Below are positions 49,392 through 61,717 of a DNA stretch of 64,000 bases, one piece after another (position 1 is the stretch's first letter; every line of letters starts with the position of its first letter). Made by a program: the position numbers and the translations under genes. The notes under the pieces were generated by a model. That model made no database searches. It was not told where the DNA came from and saw nothing but the letters and a program-made list of their open reading frames with translations. The stretch spans positions 62,001 to 126,000 of the forward strand of contig BDGG01000011.1 of assembly GCA_001949185.1 (NCBI GenBank), in the 5' to 3' direction. The DNA comes from Ramazzottius varieornatus. Taxonomy: Eukaryota > Animalia > Tardigrada.

Positions 49392-52300
49392 GTGCAGGTT
49401 GAGTCAAAATGCTTTGACCGATTTTAAAATTTTGCAGAAAAACCAGTATCGACCCTTCTGCCTCTGAATTTCTTCTTTAAATAGCCTAACCATCTGAGAT
49501 CGGCCTTAGAGAATTCGGTGATGCTTGTTCGCATCTGAAAAATCATGCAAAAACAAACCTCGACAGGCCGGAAAGCACCCCTCGACTCAACTTGACGCTC
49601 AAGATCGTAACTCTACCTGAGCCAATCTTTCCATTCTACCGTTAATTCGATAGACCATTTTCGTATGAGACCATTTCCGAATTTGAAATCTATACATGAT
49701 TCTATGCATAGATTTTAAAAACATCGTCTTAGGTTTGACAAAAAATGGACTTTAATGATCACTTTTCGGCTGAATTATTCAAAAATTTTACGGCTGCTGA
49801 GTTAGAGGATTGCGCTCTGCTTTCGTGTGATTTCCGACTGACAAGTTGTTGCCAATACTTGTAATTAAGGTAGTGTTTGATATCTTTAGTTCTCTCAAAA
49901 GCGGAAAACTGAAGAAAACCAGAACTTGTTTCGCTGCAGTCACCCAGTTGACTGCTCTAGAGGAAACCTCGGAGACATATCTTGAAACCGATTATTTCTG
50001 TCCAACGACTTAAACCTTCTTGGACAGATAAGCGTTGGCGAAAAGATTTTCGAAACCTTCGTTTGGCAGTAAACAAATTCCAATTATGACGAGTTCATAG
50101 TCCAAAAAGGTACCTTGATTTTCGGGTCGCTGAAACCTTTCTCTGCAGGTTTTCTGTGAAGCGTGCAAGCGCAATAAAACTTTTAAAGATCATTTACAAA
50201 CGTCAGAGCTACTTTCTGGCGAAATTTGGAAGCCGACGGGTCAACGCTCAGTTTTCTAACACAGTTCGAAGTCGGTCGAAGCATTGTAACTCAACCTGTA
50301 GATCGCGAATCTTTTAACTTCTTGCTAATTCAAGGAATGCTGGTCTCTGGCGATACAGGTTACTCTTACGAAGGGGACGGGACAAAGGAGATAGCTGGTT
50401 CATCTCACATGAACAACTGGGACAGCATTGTGGGCGGCGGATAAGCGCATAAGACACAAAATTTGTAGAAAGGGGTGTGAACTCCGGTAGAAGCCTACTA
50501 AATGCTGAGTTTTGTGAGCGCTTCACCCGATTGTCGGTTGTCATTCTGAAATGATTCTATGGGTATGATCCAAAGGTTTACGTACGTAACCTTAACAGTA
50601 TTATACAACAGATTCGGCGGCCATCCTTGATTCTTAATTACTATCAATAAGTACTACAGAACATCGCTTACTCAAAACATGACGGACTGAATAACTCAAT
50701 AATGCGGGAAGGTGTAACCCAGTTACACTCCTTTATCAAGCCGAGCGAAGCGAGGCGTATTTAAAGGGAGACTGGGGCAATGTTGAGTTTGACCACAATG
50801 AAATGAAGCTTTGTGGGGCTGTTGTCGCTAAACGCATGACCATTGGCTGGCGCACTATACTGGATCGCAACACAGCGCATGCACGTGCGTCATTCATTCC
50901 TTCAGGCACGCAAACCGAGTTTTGTACGTAGCTGGTTCGGAGTATGCCGGTGCATGACCGAGTTAGTTTTCTGCTCTTGACAAAACCTACGAGCTTCTCA
51001 TTCGCATCCGAGGCATCCAAGTACATCGCCCTTATTGCCATCGAAGGCCTGACGCCGCGTATGCAGGTGCCCGCGAAGTTTCAAATGAAATTTTCAGTGG
51101 TTTTCAGATCTCGCTCTTCACATGCTTTCGGAGGAAAAACACCATCAAATTTCCGAAGCCGGGTTCGAACGGTTGGTTGTTCCGAGAACGTGGAGCCGCG
51201 CGAAGCGTGGGTTATACTTCTTGGAACCACCATCCCGTTCATACATCCGTCTAAAGTTCATCCACGACGAGAAAGTTCAGAGCAGTAAAAAGTTGGAACA
51301 GGCGATTCCGAAACAGCGGAACGGATTTGTACGTACGTGTGCCATTCACACTAATGCACTTTTTGAAAATTGTCTACGGTTGAATTCTCAATTTGCGACC
51401 TTTTCCGCCTGCTCAAAACTTTGTACTGCTCCATACCTTCTCGTTGTGCGGGTACTCTGGGAAGAGCGGCTGTACCTTCTCTCGGGTTACCGGTGCGCTG
51501 AGCTCGGCTTTCCAGTGGTGAACCACATGTTACCCTAGTCAGACAACATGAAAAATAAGTACGCATTTTTAAAATTGTGACCACATCCGTGAACAGAAAA
51601 GCTCGTATTTCGAACTCGTCTCGAAAGGCATACTTAATTCGACCTCACTATACAGAAGGCAGTGCAATGATTGCGACTTTCGTCGGCGAAAAATTTCAAA
51701 TTTCTAAAACGCAGTGTGCGGAAAAGTGGAGCTTTTTCTAGCACGCACTGAAGTCCAAAGTTGTATCGTAGTTCGGTAACACGACCGTCCCATTAATCTG
51801 TCAGTCTGTACGTACTGCGTGCGAGCACGTGCGGCGACGTGCTGCGTTACCACGCGTTGCATCAGCATTTCAGTCTTTAACTTTCGCCAGAAGATTTCCG
51901 GCAGCTCCATGTTTGTTTTTGCGTTCACCCGACATTGCTCCATATTCTGGGGACGTAATCAGCCCTCTGTTTACCCTGCAAAAGCTTCCGACGTGTGCAC
52001 GATGGAATCTTGGCCATTCGATCAGCCGACAGGTCAGTTTGTGCAGGGCAGATGTGAAAACCGCAACCTGCGATAGTCATATTCTGCCGCTTGATTGTTG
52101 ATTTTCAGATGTGGTCACCACGAATGGATGACTGTCGTTCAAGTCCCTGCTTCCTCTCGTCGCAACTTTCTGAAGGTAAGACTACATTTCTCCAAGGAAC
52201 TGCAGGAACAAGCTGCGTTCAAGTATCTTTTAGGAGATAATGTGTTTTGAAAAGTGGCCGAAACGTGTTGTTTTTGGCTTTGTAGGCACTCACACTCGCG

Positions 52301-53815
52301 GCGCCGATTGCTCCCTTCGGGTTTAGCCTTCGGTATCTCGTGGAACATTTGGCTTTCTGATCGTCTCGTGTTCAGTTAACGGATGCTCATCCATTCTCTT
52401 TAGATTGATCTTGTGACCGCCGTGGGCCCGTTCCTCCGTGATCGACGTCAGCCTGTTTTTTGCGCGATACTTTATAATTTCATGCGATTGGTCTAGCGGA
52501 TTCGGTCTTCCTGTTAGTAGTTTCCTTCTTTTGCTTTTCCGTCTCTCATTTCATCACCGTGAAATATAGTCTCAAGTGTTCCCTGTCAGAGCTGGCGATA
52601 TTACGTTGGAAAAATACGATGGTAGTGGTAGCAAGAATATGTCCGGTAGAAGTCTCTGATTGAGGACACGAAAAAGCTTTCAGAAAAGTTCCGAATATTT
52701 GTAGTGCGATGGGCGCAGAATAACGCTGCGGCTATGTTTACCGATGTACCTCGAATTTGTTAACGAAAGTTGAACTCCATGTTTCCAAAAAGGATACGAA
52801 ATACTATTCCAAAAATTGGTTTTGTCCGACAAGGGATTAGCTATGTACTGCAAGGAAAAGCACATGAAATGTGTCAGCCAGGCAGGTCGAAGCCCAGTAA
52901 ATGCGAAGATGGTTCTATCAGGTGCGGAAGTATGAGTTGTTCCTTTTCGAAGGAATACATTTGGAAACTTTTGCGAGTGAGGGTTTTGATTTTTTTCTGC
53001 TGCTTAATGTGATGGGTTGTTGACCAACACTCCTTATATTTCCGCAGCAAGAACTAACTTAAGTCCGTGCGTTGCCTACAGGAAGAGAAAGCTGGGTTTA
53101 CTGTCAAAGGGGGAATATTTTTTCCCTATTTTTCCGACTTCTTTCTTCAGCTACTGGCTTGACCGACTTCGAAGCTAATCATCAGTCTATAGAACTGAGT
53201 TGGTTCTTCATAACGACAGTCAGGAGTTATCTCATTGCGTCTTGTGATTTTTGAAGAATAAAACTTTCTATTTTTCCGGGTGTGAAAACGACCTGTGAAG
53301 TGCGGCACTTTAGTGAAGCAATTCGAGCTAAATCTTCTCAGCCTCACAGACTTTTTTTAAACGTCTAGTGAGATGTTGAGGACATGCACCAGAGAGTGCC
53401 GTGTTTTCGGACGAAGTTGATTCGCGATTGCACGCTCTCAACTCTCTCAACGCAAACATAGTATTTGGACTCGTATCCAAGTTTCCACCAGGATAACTTC
53501 TGTAGGCAATGTTTCGAAAGAAAATTTAATGGTGCTTTTGAAAGAGCAACCAAATTAGAGTATGTTTCGCAGGCATGATCATGTCTTGAAAAAGATCTGG
53601 GCGCTCCGAGAGATTGTTTTCCCCGAAGTGGTGGGTTTTCCGAAGTTGCTGTTCGAAAACAGGAGACAAGTCAGACTTCCGCACCTGATAGGTTTCCTCA
53701 GGCAGAGACTTCATCGTAGAGAATACGTACCTGCACGTCATCATGTGACTTCGTCTATCGTTGGTTGATGACGGGCGCTTATGCGTCGCTTTTTCCTGCC
53801 CCACGCAATGAAGTA

Positions 53816-53960
53816 CTATAAATATTCGCTGCGTCCGCGCATCGCGTCATCATACAAGTGAAGTACAGCCCCGGTCCGGTTCCACGGATCGCGCAACTTC
53901 CTACGGGAGTGCATCATCGTATACGTGTACGGACTGCGCGAATGGAGCGAATATTTACAG
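53816..53960. mobile_element. TA-flanked MITE, same family as 48346-48489
   Basis: TA|ctataaatattcgctgcgtccgcgca...gagcgaatatttacag|TA. Confidence 0.72.
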
Positions 53961-53962
53961 TA

Positions 53963-54597
53963 CAGTCCGGTCGCTCGAGAAGTGGACACCACTTTCAGAT
54001 TTCAAAATTGCAGAATTACGGAAAACACAACAGTGTTTGCCATAAGAAGTTTTGATTGATATTTCGTTAGTTCATTCGCGCAAAAGAAGCAACCTGTTGC
54101 TTTCACTTCTTGTTCTCTGCTCAAAGTTCCGAACATTCTTTTGCTTGTCGCACCGCGTCTTTGTCAGACAAGCAGCGGAGATTCATGAAGACGTTTTCGG
54201 ATTGAGGATTCCTTCGATAGACGGAGATGCAGTGGAGTATGTCTTGCGGATAACCATCGAACAACGAAAGGCACTTCTGGTGGAGCCTTGCAACCGACAA
54301 ATCCCTGTACCTAGAAAACTGGACTCGCTTACCAGTTACCACGGAAATGGCTCCGTGGTAAGCGACTCCAGCTATGAAATGATGATCAAAGGCTGCCAGC
54401 ACGACTATACGAAGCTGCTTTCGAAAATCTGTGCCTTTCACATGATGGAAAATAAGTCGTTGATTTTCTCTCGTATTGATTGTTAGTGGCCTCTTGACGT
54501 CATCTCCTTCTAATTTTTGGCAAGCTGTACGGTAAATGTTTGACTGGTGAAGAACAAAAATGGAAGAACGATGTTCACTTCTCGAACGACCGGACTG
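53963..54597. mobile_element. Tc1-like non-autonomous element (635 bp)
   Basis: TIRs cagtccggtcg(c/t)tcgagaagtg(g/a)aca; left flank TA, right flank CA. Confidence 0.7.
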
Positions 54598-54759
54598 CAT
54601 CTGTATCCACGCTTGTCACGCTTACCAAAGTAATAAAGAGAGTTAACGCCGAGAGGTGTTACACTGCCGTTGACGCCATTTTGGGATTTTCCACATCACA
54701 AAATAGTACTTTCAGCAAGGTTGCTATGTGTATCACGAGTAGCTCACACATCTAAATTT

Positions 54760-57700
54760 ATAGATGGAGCCAGTCGTCCTTTCACAAAGTGAGCGCGTCA
54801 AGTAGGACGAGGGCAAATAGGACGAGAGGGGCGTGAACCTTCGTTCAACTCGATGGGCACCGGATAACCGTCCAGCCGTTCCTGGTCCTGTCGATCCGGA
54901 GCAAAGCTTTGACAATAGGCGGTTGCCCATCAACGCGCCATATTTCACGACAGAAGATATCGCCTCTTTACTCCGACACGTGCAGCGACTCGAAGCTTCC
55001 AACCAAGCTCTACAACGGCAGGTACGCTCCCCCCCGACGTACTCGGTCTCCCGGGTCCCTTCGCCTATTCCGCCATACCGCAACCAAACCTCACCTACCC
55101 CAGATATCTACAGTGTCATGTCTAAAAAGCCACCTCCCTCAACTCACTTCAACTTCCCCCCAGTCACAGCCACTGTTGACAAGTTGCTCCGACAGAAATC
55201 AGCCTACGTTGTTTTTCAGGACCTGGTCACTGATAGTTATGTGCCCGATAACCTTAAACGTAAACAGCCCGGCGATCCAAGTACAGGGCATTTGACGATC
55301 GGTGACTTGCCCTCGTGGAAAGACGCTTTTTTGACTTTCTGACTTTATCGGAGCTATTACTACCCCGATATGGCTATGCCTTCCCTTGCCTATGCCGGCA
55401 TTATTCGGGGTTGGCTTCACGCAAGCCCGACGTGCGTTTTTGGCTGGAATATGACCAACGTTTTCGTCAAAAGATGGCATTGCCGGATTCTGACATGAAC
55501 GGGTGGTTTCATGAGGATCGCGATTTCGTTAAGGCGGTTAAAAATAATCTCAAGCCAATTCTTACCGCTGTTACGATTACCAGTACCGCTGTTCGGGGTC
55601 CTTACTCTGAATGGGTGCGCACCGCTACTTGCCATATCTGCAACGAAAAAGGCCATATCGCTACAACGTGCCCTAGCAAGGAAGGTGTGACTAGATCTAG
55701 ATATTCTAATAACAAAATAGAGGGCTTTAATTCTAATTCTGATGCTGGTAATCGCTCTAAAGCTGTCGTTTTGGCTTGCAGCCGCCATAATGAACCTGGT
55801 GGCTGCGCCGAACCATGTTATCAGAACCATCCCCATAACTGCTCTCAATGCCTCAAACCTGGGCATGCCAAGCTCACCCATCGCTACGCCTAGTGAGCCA
55901 TCTACACTGTTACCGTACGAGCCTGTTACCACTCAGCGTTTTATTTCTCTTGAGATTCCCGTTAAAGCGTTCACACCGTTGATACCTGAAAGGTTCGCTA
56001 ATGTCCTGAAAGACTATCCCGATTCTGAGTTCGCGAATTATTTCGTCAAAGGTCTCATCAACGGTTTCAGATTGGGTTATACCGGCCCAGCTGTCACTCA
56101 AATTACTCCGAATGCTCGAACTGCTCGGGAACATCCCGATGTCGTACGTGACTATGTGGCCAAAGAGGTCATTGCTAAACATACCATCGGTCCGTTCGAT
56201 GTACCTCCTTTCCCCTACTACGTTTTTTCCTCCATGGATGTACGCCCGAAGAAACTGGGTGGTGTTCGTCTAACTATGGATCTATCAAGACCATTCAAAA
56301 GTCAGTTAACGATCATATCTCCAAAACAAGACTACACTCAATTTCTGTTCGGTTGACGATGCCATCGCTATTTGTCTCAAGCTTGGGAAGGGCTGCTTGA
56401 TGGCCAAAACAGATCTCAAAGGCGCGTTTAGGCTCATACCTGTTGCGAGCGAGGACTGGCATCTATTGAGTTACATGTGTGACGGGAGATTTTATTTTGA
56501 TACCGTCTTGCCGTTTGGATGCCGTTCTTCTCCTAGTCTATTCAATAATCTATCGCAGATCCTTGAATGGAAAATCAAGACCTCTGGGGGGATTAATTAA
56601 AATTAATTAACCTTTTACTCTGTTCCGATGAGAAGCCAGGCTAAGCGCTGTATGAACAGAGTTCGAAAAATGCGGCAAGAGCGCTAGAGAAAAAGAAGGT
56701 ATATAAAACAAAAACAACCAACTTTTTCGTTTTTAAAATCTCAAAATCTAAACTAGCAGAAGTACATCTACGTTGTTCTTGCACCACATGAAATTCGAGA
56801 AGTTTAGCCCGCTCAGATAGTTCTTAAAACTCAACAAGCTATTTACATGCCTCGGCGATGTACGCAAACGAGCCGGAAGTGGACTCAAGAAGCTTGCAGG
56901 ACAGTGGAGCGGTGGAGACAGGCAGCATCATCAGGATTTTGGCTTGACTCCTTGTTCTCAAGTTCCGGCTTGGTTCTTGGCTCTTCAGCAGACGATTACC
57001 GTTGGCAAAATTACCAGTCCAAATTCGAAAGACGTTCACCAGGAGGTTTTCACAGCGTCGATGCCAGAGTGGCTTTCATGCGACTTCTTGCAAATGCTGG
57101 CGGTATCGCTTGAAGTCTGGATCGTGCCTGTCTTTGTCTGCTCGGCTCAATCGGATGTTCTGCAGGAACTTCTTTTGAATGGATTCTAGCTGTCTTTGCA
57201 GGCTCTTGGTCGCAGGGAACCAGCATGACGAGGCATAGTCGTGGACTGCTCTTACGAGGCTCTCGTAAAGAAGCTGCTTCACTGCTCCATATCGTTGGGG
57301 AAAGAACGCGTTGACAGCGTACAATCTTTGCCTGCACTTGGCCGTCACTTTGTCCACTTGGGCTGTCCATTCGAGCTTGCTTGAGAATGTTACGCCGAGG
57401 CAAACTGCTTCATTCACCAAAGGGATCTTCTTGCCACTAATCACGTAGTATTCGCCTGGAAGCTTCACACTCTTGTCCCGCTTATTCGAGATCCGGGGGT
57501 GCTGCGACTTTTCCGGATTGATTTCGAGGCCGACTTCTTTACACCATGCTTCTAACCGTTGGAGATCTTGCTGGAGGACAACGCAGTCTTCATGTTTCTT
57601 GATTGTTCGAGACAGAACAATGTCATCGGCGTACTGCATGACCGTGGAACTGATGCTTTTGGCTAGGCTGTTAACGGCAATGGTGAAGAGAAGTGGGCCA

Positions 57701-60700
57701 AGAATTGAACCCTGCGGCACACCAGATGGGACAGATTGTTCGACGAGAAATGTCCCTCAACCACAACTCTTTGGCTCCTTCCTTTCAAGTAATCAGACAG
57801 CAAACCTTTCATCTTACCATTCACTCCATGACTTGACAGGCTAGTGACGATGGACGAGTGCGGAAGCTTGTCGAAGGCTTTCGAACAGTCCAAAAGAACC
57901 ACGTCTTCTTCGTCTCTTTGTAAGACGGCTTGCGAGTATTGGTGAGCCATATGGAGCAACTGCATTTCCGTCGACCTCTGCTTTCTGAATCCGTACTGCG
58001 TATCTGAAAGTAGATTATTCTTATCAAGATAGTTTCTCAGATGACTCGCCACAATCTTCTCGAACAGCTTGGATAGTGGTGGTAGAAGGGAGATGGGACG
58101 AAAGGAAGAGCTTCCCTTCTTTGGTATTGGTACCACTTCGGCCTGCTTCCACGCTGTGGGGAATTCTCTTTTGCTGACGATCAGGTTGAACAGTCTTGAC
58201 AAGGGATATACTACGGATGTTCCCGCGATCTTGAGTACCTGGTTGGTTATCAGGAAGGAACCAGCAGCTTTAGCAGAGTCTAGGCGTTGGATTTGCTTCA
58301 AGATCACCGAGGTAGTGAAGTGAAGTGGCGGGCAGTGGGGTGTCTCTGGGGGCTCAACACGTATCGGCTCACCATGGCTAACGGTTGATGGCAGGCAGTG
58401 GCGTGGACAGGCAGAGTACACTTTGGAGAATTCTTGGCTGATCAACTCGGCTTTGTCTTGCGGATCTACGATGTACTTCTCATCATGACCAGGTATCGGG
58501 ATAGGCGGGATAGATGCAGCGGAGGTGTTCTTCTTGACCTGTTTCCAGACTGCTCGGGGATTTCAGCGGGATGCTTTTGCGATGCCATAAAGACGACGAT
58601 GCTTGTCAGACTGGATGATCCTTCTCTTGCTAACTTCCAGCTCCTTCCAACTTGAATAATCTGCTTGATCCCTTGTTCTTCTCCATTTCTTAAAGGCACT
58701 TCCACATCTTCGCAAGCTATCAATAGCTCTTTCGGAGAGGGAAGGACGATGAAGACGCTCGGCTCCGACAGACTTCAACTGAAAAGCACTCTTCGCAGCA
58801 GCGATGAATTTATCCTGAAAAACAGTAACGGCAACATCGACATTGCACATCAAATCAAACACCTGGCCCAATCAATCGATGATAGTGCAGTCTTGAAAAC
58901 ATTGATATTCTCCCCGTCAATTTTCCACACCAGCATTGGCTTCGTCTTGAAGTTCGGAGTCATAAGCATCAGCTTGGTTTCGATGGCTTGATAGTCACAT
59001 GTAGCTGAAGGTGGGTTAACGATCCTGGTGTTGCGAACGAAGCCCAGTTGGGTAACGAAGAGCTGGTCGAGTGATGATTCGCTTCGTCCCCGCTTTCGAG
59101 TGGTGCCTTTCACTTTCTGCCACAGTTTAAACTCGTTCTTCAACTGGATCAAATCCCTGTCCCTTTCCGACTTTCCACTTGATGGAAGATGTTCTTCATT
59201 ATATTGATGATTTCTGGTGGGCTGCACCCGGCAACTCGCCAGCAAGTCAACATACGCTGGTGTTCATGCAAGCTCTGTGCGCCGAGCTCGGTGCACCACT
59301 GGCAGAAGAGAAAACTGAAGGCCCAACCACGAAATTGGCATTTCTTGGTAATCAGCTTGATACGGAGTCCCAAACCATCAGCATACCTGAAACTAAAGTT
59401 GAGGAAATTCAAGATTTGTTCACAGTGTATCGAGCCAGGGTCAAAGCCATCTTGAGCCTTTGCGGACAGCTCGGCTTCGCCACTAAATGTATCCCTGCTG
59501 GGAGGATTTTCCTACGACGAATGCTGACTCTTGCACATAAAGTTAAGCAGTTAGATCAACCTAAGCTCAAACTGACCGAAGGTTTTAGAGCAGATTTGCA
59601 GTGGTGCATAGATTTCCTGCCGACTTGAAACGGTACATGCAAGATTCTGCAGAGTAAATGGGTCGCATCGCCCACTATGCACCTTTTTACCGACGCATCT
59701 GGGAGCATTGGTTGTGGTGGCGTTTTCGGTACCGAATGGTTTCAGCTACAATGGCCAAGCTGGCTACTTGAAGCTAAACCATCCACTGCTTTACTGAAAC
59801 TGCTGCCAGTTTTGATTTCTTGTTGTGTTTGGGGGTCAAACTGCAGACCAAGCGAATCTTATTTCACTCGGATAATATGTCGGTGGTCCAAATCTGGGCA
59901 AAATGCACATCACCAAACGTCGGAGTTATGACTGCGATACGGCGGATCTATTTCGAAGCAGCAAATAACAATTTCACGCTGAGGATAACGCGTATTAGTG
60001 GCGTCGATAATATATTGGCTGATGCCTTATCTAGATTCGACAACGCGCGATTCTTCGAAAATCATCCCAAGGCAAGCCGCGAGCCGATACTGGTAGACCG
60101 CGTTCTAGATTTTTTACGGGATATCATGCTATCAATAGAACCAGGAAACTGTTCGAGCTCGATGCAAGATCGCGGGAAATTGTCGGTAAACGACTGGCTC
60201 CCGCTTCCAGAAGAGGCTACCGAAATGGATCTGAGCGCTTTCGCTCTTTCTGTCTGAGTCACTGTCTGCCTCATTTATCTACAGACCGTCAAACGATCAG
60301 CCGGTTCGTTTCATGGTTAGATGGCGAAGGACTAAGCAGGAAAACAGCAAGAGTTTACGTAGCCGGCGTGCGTTCTGAACAACTACAGAACGGTTTCGAC
60401 GATCCCTGTAAGAATGATCAATACCTTACGATGACGTTAAAAGGCCTGACCAACCAGACCCGTCCACATACCTACACGAGGAAACCTCTAACGATAGTTC
60501 ACCTACGGCAACTCAAACTGGACTTATTCGGATCCCGAATAGCCCGCCACGACCAGCTAATGCTCTGGTCGGCCTTTACTACGGCCTTCTATGGCATGCT
60601 TCGTGTGTCCGAGTATACCAGCTCGAAGGAAACAAGTTTCGACAAATCGAATCTGGTTCTGAACGATCTTCAAATATCCCGCGATTTCGTCCAAATATGT

Positions 60701-61200
60701 TTACGGCGGGATAAAACCCATCACCAGACCGCACCTCCGGCAATTTATCTAACAAAAACCCGAACGGATACCTGTCCCGTACAAGCTCTCCCGAACGGAT
60801 ACAAGCTCTCCACGCTTATATGTTGGTCAAATCTTCAGCCAAACATACTCCATTATTCTTCACACAAGATGGATGCTACCTAACTCGGCAACGAGACAAT
60901 CGTGAGCTACAATCTTTTCTGGGGAATGGTTACACCTCTCATAGTTTCCGGATAGGATCGGCTTCAACGGCTTCTAAGGTCGGATGCTCCATGAAGCAGA
61001 TTAGGGCTATAGGCAGATGGAGCAGCGACGTTTCTAACCGATACGTCCGACCAGACATGGTCTCCTTAACCCGGACTATGCAGCGAATCTCAGGTTAGTT
61101 CTAATCAGCCTTCGCTTGGGGTTTGTGTTTGGGGACTGTGCGAAGGCTGGGCAAATGGTCTACACAATTGTGCATGTCCGCTCACCTTGACAGTTTACCC
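54760..61200 (+). mobile_element. Ngaro-like (DIRS order) tyrosine-recombinase retrotransposon, decayed and interrupted by a LINE
   Basis: Gag-like 54833-55893 (CHICNEKGHIATTC knuckle plus a second Cys/His finger). RT (MDLS, MAKTDLKGAFRLIPV, LPFGCRSSP, HYIDDF); RNase H (LFTDASG, HSDN, NILADALSR); tyrosine recombinase about 60150-61098 (FYGMLRVSE, SHSFRIG, GRWSS..Y). No methyltransferase seen; several stops and frameshifts. Boundaries approximate. Confidence 0.9.
56594..59180 (-). mobile_element. 5'-truncated LINE (CR1/L2-group-like ORF2: end of APE + RT), frameshifted
   Basis: FRPISLLPPLSKLFEK, QYGFR, LDCSKAFD, PQGSILGPLLF, QYADD, LGVTFSSKLEW. AT-rich (ttaa)-type 3' tail at 56594-56610; GAT repeated at both junctions. 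Confidence 0.92.
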
Positions 61201-61717
61201 TCATTGACCCCAAGTACCTCCGTGTTCGTTTCGTAATCAAGGAAAATCCAGGCGTCAACAGTAAGATGCCCAAGAGTTCCTTTGTCTGGCGCTTAGAACA
61301 GGCAACTGACGTCAGATTACGAGGAGCGAGACCTTACTTTACCCGTTTGCCGAACTGGCGACAACGTTTTCCACTGACGTTTTCTCACAAAACCAGAATA
61401 ATTTCAAACTATCTTCGAACACTTGACTTCATTCCTATCCAGTCAAAAATGAGAATCAGTGGAAGATCATGCGGAAAAATTCCGGAGGGAAATCCATTCG
61501 GAAATTTCGCCGGATATTAGGAAACACGCTTGATTACTAGAGGACAATTTACGCCAGAAGCGTACAATTGTAGTTTACGTCAACCACAAGACCGTTTGTG
61601 TTTACCAATATCCCTAGTGACCACAACGTGAACACTTCCGTGTTACGGTAAAGTTCTTCCACATCGCCCGTGGAAGAACTGTAGCCCTTTTGTTCGAACT
61701 CTTCGAACTCTTCCCAT

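Noticed and set aside
50735-53800. Decayed Kolobok- or Helentron-like transposon (ccgagcgaagcgagg motif, ttaaagggagac end, THAP-like FHEIPK...RRRE, LQKLS...ESVQS)
   Set aside because: No matching second terminus was found and the peptide hints are too short; needs tblastn against transposase libraries.
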